Positions 54,856 to 64,000 of a stretch of 64,000 nt of DNA are shown in pieces. The position numbers were made by a program, and so were the translations under genes. The stretch comes from Protoeuglena noctilucae (lineage: Eukaryota): assembly GCA_958009085.1 (NCBI GenBank), contig OY253668.1, positions 372,001 through 436,000 of the forward strand. The letters are read 5' to 3'. Within the stretch, counting starts at the first letter, position 1. Each line of letters starts with the position of its first letter. The notes under the pieces were generated by a model. That model was not told the DNA's origin. It did not search any database and saw only the letters and a list, made by a program, of their open reading frames with translations.

Positions 54856-57165
54856 CTAGTCCTCCGGGACAACCCTCCTCGCCCTCCCGCGCCCCCCGTG
54901 CATCTGCAAGCTCCCCACGTCCTCAGCCCCGAGCTCCAAGTCCACTGCGTCCGAGCGGGGTGCTGTGTTGAGCACCCCCATCGACTCCGCCACGGTGTCG
55001 TAGACATAAGGCCGCCGCTCGGCGCCCGCGATGCCCTTGGGGCGGTGGTGCGAGGCTGCGGAGGAGGACAGGCCGCGGCGGCGGCGAACGAACAGGATCA
55101 CTGTGAAGGACAGCAGCGCCGCCCCGGTGATGCTCGCGAGGATGGCGATGACGCCCCCGGCCGACATGCCGCCCCACTTCGTCTTGGCCAGGGACCCAGC
55201 GCCACCCACGCCGTGGTGGGGCGTCGGGGACGGCGTCGGCCCGAGCGTGGGCGCCGGCTGCGGCTGCAGCGACGTCCGCTGCACGCCAAAGCGCGTCTCC
55301 AGCGCTGCCGCGAGGGATGCAAGCCCCGTCGCGTCGGCAGCGTCCGCGGCTGCCAGCCCCAGCGCCGGGACGTCGCCTGCAGTGTGGGCCGCGCCCACGG
55401 CCTTCATCAAGCCGCCCGCCACCACGCTCAGCAGGGTTGCGGCTGGGGCGCCCGCCGCCGCCTGCGCGTTCACGTCCGCGGCCACCCCTGCCGCGGCTGC
55501 CGTCACAGAGGCGTCTGGATGCACCCCGCTCGACGTCGCCCCGCTGCGAGCCCAATGACAGGCGTGGCATCAGTGACCACACCGAATATGTAAGCCGTCG
55601 CAAATATCATCGAGAGAAAGGACGAGGCGCGGCCACCAAGCCATCGCTGGAGCACCGCCGTTGGTAACCATGCATTCACAAGCACCGCTGCGATCACCCG
55701 GACATCAGGGACTGCAGCGTCGACTGCTTGGCGAGGTTGACCGTCCCGCCCGTGTTGCACGCGCTCGCCAGGGACGCCGCGATCGCCTGCACCATGGCCT
55801 GCGTCACGGCCACCGTGGGCTGGGTCGCCTGCCCGGCCTTCCCTCCCGCCCCGTACACGTTTGCCGCGCCCAGCAGCACAGCCGTGAAGGCCTGCAGCTC
55901 CCTGACTTGCACCGTGGTCGCTTCGGTCCTCCCCGCCTTGCCCATCGCCACGTACCCCATGTCCCAGTCCGTGGGGAGCGCGAGGGCCTGGGCAACGCAC
56001 GCGGCCGCGCCCGCCTCGTCCATTCCCTGACCGGTCATCAGGAAGCTCTGGAGCGACGACAGCAGCGACACGGAGGGGCTGCGGTGCGGCGCCGACAGCA
56101 GCACCGGCAGCGGCACGGTCGTGTTGACGAAGGAGCATCCCCGCGACCCGCCCTGCTGCGTCAGCCTGCGGGGACACGAGCGCAGTTTCATGGGATGCGG
56201 GTGTAAAACCACAGAACGCCTGGCATTGGCACGCGCAAGCGCACCCGATGAGATGCGTGAGGTCCGTGGCTGTCTGCGTGGCCATGGTCGACGGAGCTCT
56301 TGGGATGGTCGCGGTGCCGAACGGGGCGATGTCCTGGGGGTCCACGTTCCCGCTGGGTGGAACCACCAGGAACCCGGGTCGCGCGGTGTCGAAGTATGGC
56401 AGCGTGCCGTCATCGGAGTCGCCCATCGTGACGAGCGGCACGAAGATCCCGGCACGTGGGTCCGCGGCCTCTTCCGCAGCAGCGGCGTTCGCCAGCCTGC
56501 GAAGACAGGGGGGGGGGATCTGGGGGATCCCGGTGCCTTCTAAGGTGCGTCGCGTGGCACGCCGCGCTGCACTGGGCAGGCGACAGGACAGGCGACCACG
56601 GCAGCCGAGGCACTCACCGCACTCGCTCGGCGCTTTCAAAGTGCTGCACGTCCCCCGAGCGGTAGGGAACCACGCCCATCACGCAACGGGTCAACGGCAC
56701 GGGACCAAGCAGGTCCGTGGCGCTCGAAAAGGCCACCGAGAAGTAAGCGGTCGCGTAAGGGATGGAGGAGCCCAGGGACGAACTTGTCCCGTAGTGCGCC
56801 GTCAAGCTTGTGGGCCCGTACACCGCCAGCTGAATTGGTTACGTGTACCGACTCCAGTTTCCCGCATCCTCGCGCCACCACAGGTCCTGGCCGTCCGTCC
56901 CAGGAACTCCAGAGGTGCTTGAGAGCGTGATTGCAATGGACTGAGGCCAGTTGTACGTCTGCAACAAGGGCGCGCGCTGCTCGAGCCTGCTCGACCCAAA
57001 TAATGTCCATGCGGGCGAGCCAAAAGTCCAGCCGCAAGCTTTCACCTGCGGGTTGTCTTTACTCGTCCCACCCGGGGGCGAGAAGGAGAACTCGCTCCCC
57101 AGGGCGAGGCCGAGGCCGGCCACCAGCCATGCCGCCAGCACGATATGGCGCATCTGCGCTCCCAT
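54856..57165 (-). CDS. Type I cell-surface protein (signal peptide, Fn3-associated/CHB_HEX_C-like domain, Ala-rich region, TM, cytoplasmic tail); one in-frame TAA at 56841-56839
   Basis: Signal MRHIVLAAWLVAGLGLALG, then FSPPGG...Y.WPQSIAITL...WSRYT*PIQL, a PTP-rich stalk, and TM MSAGGVIAILASITGAALLSFTVILFV followed by RRRR. Confidence 0.68.
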
Positions 57166-57607
57166 CCTATGCTATGCGGCTCGCATGTTGGTCGAGCGAC
57201 CGGAGGGCTTGCGACGTCCGTCAAAGTGAAGGGAAACGAGATGCAGAATTGCGTAGGTCGTGGCAAAAGTGCCCGTGGTGCTTGCGCAGAAGAGGAAGGT
57301 GCGATTGCCACGGCCGGGGGTGCGCAGTCACACGAGAATTGCTCGACGGGGGCAGGTCCCCGACCTCGCGCCAGTGTTTGGGGTCTCACCGGAAAGCTCG
57401 GCAAAGCCGGAGCATGTCCTGCGACTGGGGACAGAATCAGTGCCCACTCAGCGCATAGTCCCTTTGGTTTCACGAAGCGGATTGCGAGGCTGGGAGTTCA
57501 GCATGCGTCCGCATCCTGGCCGCACTGCAGCATAGCGCGGGCCCGGAGATTGCTTTTGAGTGCGTTTGTCGGCGTCCCGCGCCGCGGGCGAGATTAGGGG
57601 TGCTGAG

Positions 57608-60600
57608 ATGGGGGCCAAAGGGGAAGGCAGCGACCTGGTCGCCCTGCTGGAGAAGGTGCGCGGGCCGTCGTCTCTGTCGTCGTCGTGTTATATCGCATAT
57701 GATTCGTTCGCGCTGACTTTTTTGCCACCCCCGGCCGCCGAGGTGCCTGTCCAGCCACTTTCCCACCGCCTCGAGCCTTTCTCACTCAGCACGACTCGTG
57801 CGCATCCCCTCCTTACTTGCATCAAACGATGGAGGTCTCTCTCGCACCATGCGTGTCCCCTGGCTGCGGCTGCCCGGGGTTGGCACCGCGCATGTGCAGC
57901 AGCCCCGCGCAGGCACCACTCGCTTCCTTGCGACTTCGTGGGCGTTCCCCGAACCGTTCTTGTCTCGCGGACTGTGCGGCTGCGCGGGACGCATGATGCC
58001 TGTCGCTCGTGTCGCCGGTCCCCCTTTTTGCTTGTGGACATGGAACGGACCTCCATGCGCTCCCCGCGCGCTCTCCTCGCCGACCCCTCAACGCCTTCTC
58101 TTCCCGTTGCGTGCAGCTTCAGTCGGACGGCTCCAATGAGCGCCTCAACCAGGTGCATCGGAACCTGGAGTCCCGGGTGATGCGCCTCACGGACCAGCTC
58201 AACTCCGTCGTCCACGAGCGCCGGGCCCTGCAGCTGAAGAATCGGCGCGTGAATGGCTCGATCAAGCTCGCAGAACTTGAGGTCCCCGAGGAGCAGTCCT
58301 TGGCAGGGTGAGCGGGCGGGCCGGTCCGTGCACATTCATCGCGGGTGGCCCTGCTCCGCGCTTGCTGACCCCTTCCCGGCGACCCCGTTGCCCGCAGCCT
58401 GGACCTGAACTCGCCGTCGTCTCCGTTCGCCACCCAGGAGGAGTCCCTGATCCTCCAGGAGTCGACGCTGCGCAGTCTGCAGACGTCGCTCCCTGCGGGC
58501 CCCAGCACCATGACGGTCGGGACCTTCGAGGCCCAGAAAGTCCGCATTCAGAACACGATCGAGCTGCAACTCGACAAGGCGAGAGCGGGACCCGCGCTGG
58601 CGGGCTGGAGTGATGGGTGATGCTGGTGCACAGGGAAGGGCGCATACGAGAGAAATGCCTGGGCCCTCGGTCGCGCAGGCGCTGGAGGAGGAGCGGCTGG
58701 GCATGACGTACAAGCAGGTGCTGCGTAGGATGAAGGACGAGCTGACCGTCCTGAAAAAGAACGCAGAGGACATGCGGAGGGCGGTGGAGGAGTACGGCAA
58801 CGCCATGCAGCAGGAGAAGCTCAGGCGAGTAGACTGCGTGGAGTCGCACAGGAAGCTCAGGCGTGGGGCTGCACGCACCCGGCAGTGGCAGTGGGAGTGG
58901 GCGGCCGGACAGCCAGCACCCACGCTGGCCTCGGCCCCTTGTCGCAGGCTGCGGGCGGCGCTGCAGAGCCGGCGGGAGGCGCACGCGCTGTGGCAGGACG
59001 TGGTGCGGATCCGCGACGAGGGCCGGAACGTGTGGACGAACAAGATCCATGCGCGGGAGCGGGTGGCGGACATGACGGCGCGGGACCGCGAGGGCATGGA
59101 GCACAGCCGGGCGGAGCGGGAGAAGGCGCGGAAGCGGGCGCAGGCCCTGGCGCGTCGGGAGCTGCAGGTCATGACCACGGCCAAGCTGTCTGATGGCAAG
59201 GTGCCGTTTGAGGGGCCGAAGAGGGACGGGGAGATCGTGGGCGCGACGGAGGAGCAGCTGGCCGTGCGGGACCTGCGGCAGCAGCAGCACAACGAGGAGA
59301 TGCTGGGCGGCGCGGGGCTGGGCATCGCTCCCGCCAAGGCCGAGGTGTCGACGGCGGTCCGGGCCCGGCAGGCCGCGGCGATGAAGTCCATGGAGACGCT
59401 CGACGCCTTCATGCGGGAGGTGCACGCGCGAGACGTGAACGAGCTGATCGAGAAGCTCTTCTCGATGCTGGACAAGGGCGCGGCGGCCAAGGCCCAGAGC
59501 GAGAGCCTCGAGGGGCGGCTGGTGAACCTGCAGGACGACATGCGGGGGCTCGCGGCCGAGAGGGACGCGGAGCGCCTGCGCATCGAGGGCCTGCAGGGCG
59601 CGGACCGCGAGCAGGTGGACGCGATGCGCGGCCGGGTCGACCAGGCGGCGGCCAGGCTGACGCGCGCCCGCCGGAGCATGGTGCGCGCCGAGCAGGGGCT
59701 GTCCCAGGTGCTGATGGGCGTGCGCCTCCTCGCGCGGCGCATCGAGAGCATCGTGGCGCCCGAGGCCCTGCCGGACGGCGAGCTGGACGCGGCCACGCTC
59801 ATCGCGATCCAGTCCAGCCGGCGGTCCAAGCGCCACCTGACGACGGTGGCGGAGGACGACACGGACGGCGAGGCGGCGGTCGTCGAGGACCTCGCGGGGA
59901 TCGACGAGGTCGTCGAGGCCGTGCGGGAGTCCTGGGAGAGGCTGGAGGTGAGTGCTGGTTAGGGTGGCGTTTGAGGCTGCGCGCGCGGGGTGCCGCTGCC
60001 TTGTCTCTGCGTTTGGAGTCACATGGAGTCCTCGCCACCTCTGCTGCAATGGAGCCCGCGACGCCCACCCTTCGTCGCCCCCAGGGCCGCGTGCGGCTGG
60101 TGGTGGAGACGGAGTGGCCCTCCGCGCCCACGTCCGACCCGCGGCTGACCGAGTCCGAGATCGAGGAGGCGCGCAAGACGCGGTCCCAGTCCTACGCGGG
60201 GGTGGGGCGCGCGTCTCGCCCGGTCCTGCCGGGGTCGGACTCACGTCCGGACTCCGCACAGACGGCCGAGTCGGGCCCCAAGGAGGAGGGCCAGGACTCC
60301 CCGAGCGAGAAGCCGGCGCCGAAGCTCGTCAAGAGCGCCAAGTCCTTCAATGCCCAGGTCCTGGCCCTCGTGCCGTCGGCCCCGAAGCCCCAGGACCCCA
60401 ACGCGGCAAAGATCCTCAAGACGCGGTCCCGGCTGGTCAAGCACCAGCAGGAGTACAAGCAGGACATCAACGTGCGCATCCGCTTGAAGTCCCGGGGGTC
60501 GGACCACTCGGACGAGGAGGAGGACTCCATTCCACCGGGGTGACTGCAGTGCTCTGGCTTGCCCACAGCCGTGCTGGCCACGATGCGAGGCTCTGACGAC

Positions 60601-60787
60601 GGATGTGAACTCCTAGGCGCAACACGCATGTGCTTTCACAAACCGCAGGAAGCAGCACCCGTCCCGGGTCAAGGCGGGCAAGGGCGACGTGGTGGTGGAC
60701 CGGCGGTACCTGAAGGACCGCGCGCAGGCGCTGATGCTTAAGGCGCAGCGCGGGGCGCGGGGCAAGGAGGAGGCGGGGGACGACTGA
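57608..60787 (+). CDS. Coiled-coil protein similar to outer dynein arm docking complex members (CCDC151/ODAD3, ODA-DC1 family)
   Basis: Long heptad repeats. QLDK-ALEEERLGMTYKQVLRRMKDE, RDVNELIEKL, INVRIRL and C-terminal VVDRRYLKDRA resemble recalled docking-complex motifs. The family assignment is an inference. Confidence 0.6.
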
Positions 60788-60974
60788 GGAGGTGGCCGGG
60801 GTGCACAAGTGACGATGCGTGTGCGATCTGCGTCGTGTCACGCGTCGGAGAGGCCCGCAGGATATCAAGGCTCGCGTGAAGCACCGTTGGCTGGGCTGCC
60901 CGTGCGCTACGCGGGCCTCGTGTGCAGGCTGTCCGCGCGCCTGTATCAACTTTGCGGTCGCGACGTGTTCAAAC

Positions 60975-62764
60975 TCAACCCCCGATGATAGCCAGGTCCC
61001 TCTCGCTCTTGGCCACGACCGCTTGTAGCTTGCGGATGGCCTCCAGCTGCTCCGCGAGCACCGTGAACGTGCCGTCCAGCACTTCAGGGCGAATGCTCTT
61101 GGCAGCCTCCTTCATGGCCCCGCTGGCCCCGGCGCCCGCCCTGGCCCGTGACGACGCGAGGGATGCGACGGCGGCGGAGCGACTGAGGAGGCTCGTGCTG
61201 GACGTGGGGCCCAGTTGGTGCTCCACCTTGGTCACCCGCGCCATCAAATCCCTGCAGATGCGCAAACAGGGACTAACCCTCACAATCCCCTGCATTGCCA
61301 CGCCGGAACATGCCTGGATTATGATAATAGCTACCCTCCCCCAAGAGCGTGCCGCGCCCTCACCGCACGGCCATCTCGTTGACTTCGCTCGAGCCATGCA
61401 CCGAGAGTGCGCCCTCCAGCCCCTCCAAGCACCGCAGCACGCGCAGGAGGCGGTAGAGCTGCTCTCCGTGCCGCCGCTGGGCCGCCTCGAGGCGCGAGAG
61501 GATCTCCGCGGCCCGCCGCTGCTTGCCCTGGAGCAGCACAGCCCGGCACTCGCGCAGGCGCTCCTCGTCCTCTTGCTGCGCCACGCGCTGGGCCTCCTGG
61601 CGGATCCGGAGGTCGCGGAACCCCACCGCGGGCACCGGCCACAGGTTGTCCGCGTTGTGCTCGCCGCCCGCGGCCTCTAGGGTCTCCTGCCACTGACGCT
61701 CGTCCACGGTCGGGGGCTGAGGCCAGGGACACGGTTGAGCGTTGCAGCCAGGCGACCGCGGTGATCACCTTACGAGGGGCAACAGCCACGTCACGGAAGG
61801 CGTAGAGAAACGAGGAAAGGCCCTGGTGAGCCCAGCTTGCAGGTTGCTGGGAGCGCGGCACACACCTTAACTCGCGCCGCTGGGTCCCCGACCACATTGA
61901 GGAAGAGCGCACGGAGCTTGTAGTCCCGGTTGTCGGCTGAGCAGATCGTGGCCTGCGATATCGCCTGCAACTCCTGCAGCGTCGACAGGTCCTGGGTGGC
62001 GGGTACCGCCTGTTGTGCCGTCACGGCCAGAGCGGGGGACGCGCCAGCCGCTCCCAGGGGCGACCTGTGGACCAGGCAGAGCAAGGATAAGGTCTACCAC
62101 TGCCTATGCTAACCGCCAATGAAAAGCTCTCGTTTGGACAGCGCAGAGGCTTGAGACATGGCCAGCGAGCGTCGCTCACGTGCTTGCGCCTCCGAAGGTG
62201 AGGGACGAGGAGCCGAATGCCGACCCGCCAAACGCCAACCCGCCACTCGACGCCCCGAAGGAGAGGGCGGACGAGCTCTGTGGGGCGCCAAAGCCCGAGA
62301 ACGAACCCGACGTGCTGGCGGGGGCTCCGAACAGCGGCGAGCTGGAGGGGGCCGCCCCAAAGCTGAACCCGGACGACGCCGCCGCGGAGCTGGCTGCCAC
62401 GCCAAAGGCGCCAGCGGATGCGGCGCCGAAGGAGAACCCCGTCAACGACTGCGGCGCGGACGCTGCGCCGAAGAGGCTCGTGTTCGCGCTGCTGCTTGGC
62501 AGCGACGTAGAGCCAAAGAGGGGAGACTGGGATATCCCAAACGAGCTGCCCGTACCCCCACCAAACGCAGGCGTGCTCCCAAACGCAGGTGTAGCTGCGG
62601 GGATCGTGCGGGTGAGGGCGTCGCGATCGCTGATGCACTGATGCCTCGCAGTACATGCAAGTGACTCGTTGCGACGAATGTGTGGGCCGCGGCAGAGACT
62701 CACAGGGTGGCTGGCTTGTTGGCCCCCCCGCCCCAAAAGAAGGCTGGCCGAATCCAAACGACAT
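60975..62764 (-). CDS. NUP54: Nucleoporin Nup54 (FG repeats, alpha/beta domain, coiled coil)
   Basis: N-terminal FG/SLFG repeats, then YKLRALFLNVVGDPAARVK-PPTVDERQWQETLEAAGG..LWPVPAVGFRDL; ends QLEAIRKLQAVVAKSERDLAII. Confidence 0.9.
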
Positions 62765-63150
62765 TTCCAAGACTCAGAGACCCATGATGCTGCAAGAGCG
62801 CGCCGAAATACGGCGTATGGGCGCCACCTTGGACGCCGGCCCCTGCGTCACGCCCCGCAGTCTGAGCTTGGGCGCAAGCCTGGTTGAGAACACCTCGGTG
62901 GAGAAGGCCGCCTGGCAGATATCGGGGCAGCGATCCGTTGTGATCCGACTCTCGCCCCAAAGAGGGGCGAATCGCCCCAAGCGGCGCCAGTGTTGCGGCG
63001 CCAGAGGTGCTACGCCTGCTGAGGACCGTCAGCACCGCCGGTGACGCCGATCTCTCGCCCACCGACGTGGTCACAAGAGCGAGAACGCGCGCAGTCCCTT
63101 TGCAGGACGAGCGGCTGACTTCGGCGGGAGCAGGACGAGGGGAAAGGCGC

Positions 63151-64000
63151 ATGACGGACGTTTTACTTGATAAGGTCGTCCTTGGGAGCCATGCGGGAGG
63201 GGTGAGCTGGCTATTGTCCGTGGATGGAGCCCCGAGCATGTGCTGAGCTCAGGGCCGGGCGTTGCATGGCAGTTCGCAACCCCCACACACGGATCTCCTT
63301 TGCGCGCTTCTTGATGCGCGCACCATGCTGAGTGAGCTTTGACGCATAGATGTGGATCTCATGATGACGTTGCGCGCGGAGCGGGTTGCCATCGGACCCA
63401 CCCACGAGCGCCACGGGCCAGCAGGCATAGCATGGAGCCATTCATTCGCGCCCCGCGCCTTTAGAGCCTTTCACTTGCATCCACTGGACGTGTGGGTAAC
63501 GATCGCTGATCTACGCCTGTTAACATCCTTGCGCAGGCTCAGGGATCGCTCAAGCTCACGCCGGCCGGGGTCCAGTGGCGTCCAGCCCATGGGGGCAACG
63601 TGCTGACCCTGCGGAAGGATGACATCGACTCCGTGGAGCTGACCCAGGTCCCTGGAGCGTTAACACTCGAGTTGCGGGTGCGTCTAGATCGCCTGGCGCG
63701 GCGGCGGGCGTGGGCGGCGCTCAGCGTGGGTCCCTTGGGCTGGCCGAGCTCCTGGCGGACTCTGCTGCCGATTGGCTTATGTCAGTCGCTGTTCGTACGC
63801 ACATTGGCATATTCTCAGCAACGGGCCTGCCAAGCACGCGTCCCTGCCCTCACGCGCGCTCCGCGAGACCCCCGATGTGCGCTGCGTGCAGACGTCGGCC
63901 GGAAAGAGCTTCTCGTTCGCGGGTTTGAGCGCCGGCGCCGCGGCCGGCACCAAGGCAGTCTTCGAGGCGATGGGGAAGAAGCCCGCGGAGGGATCCATGG
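63151..64000 (+). CDS. SSRP1: FACT complex subunit SSRP1/Pob3, 5-prime part (runs off the window)
   Basis: Spliced MTDVLLDKVVLGSHAGG-AQGSLKLTPAGVQWRPAHGGNVLTLRKDDIDSVELTQVPGALTLELR-TSAGKSFSFAGL..KKPAEGSM resembles the SSRP1 N-terminal PH domain. Confidence 0.75.

Noticed and set aside
58262..60259. Long antisense or alternative-frame ORFs (for example 58262-60259 -, 38632-40476 +, 52488-53735 -, 26947-28419 +, 62-1159 -)
   Set aside because: They overlap well-supported genes, translate to low-complexity Arg/Pro/Ala text without motifs, and are expected at this GC content.

Overview
Compact, very GC-rich, intron-rich nuclear DNA from a flagellated green alga. This assignment is an inference from nuclear PetM, CtpA and a PHT4-type transporter with transit-peptide-like N-termini, plus DNAAF5 and an outer-dynein docking-complex-like gene. 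Manual splicing gives 21 protein genes: PetM, Vps34, a SpoU methyltransferase, an INPP5E-like phosphatase, PHT4, MUS81, seipin, sucrose synthase, a TM-RING-coiled-coil protein, asparaginase, a six-repeat kringle-like secreted protein, CtpA, DNAAF5, a PLAT-like membrane protein, a multi-cNMP protein, an MBOAT acyltransferase, DDX42, a type I surface protein, a CCDC151/ODA-DC1-like protein, Nup54 and a partial SSRP1. I found no supportable rRNA, tRNA, CRISPR array or transposon. The most notable signals are: (1) about 18-20 GC-AG introns among roughly 125-130 placed by hand, including 6 of 18 in Vps34; (2) two genes each with a single in-frame stop (TGA, TAA) inside a recognisable domain; (3) very short tandem spacers (84 and 140 nt) suggesting bicistronic transcription; (4) intronic minisatellites, one of which duplicates a splice donor. 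All exon boundaries are hand-derived and need RNA-seq confirmation.
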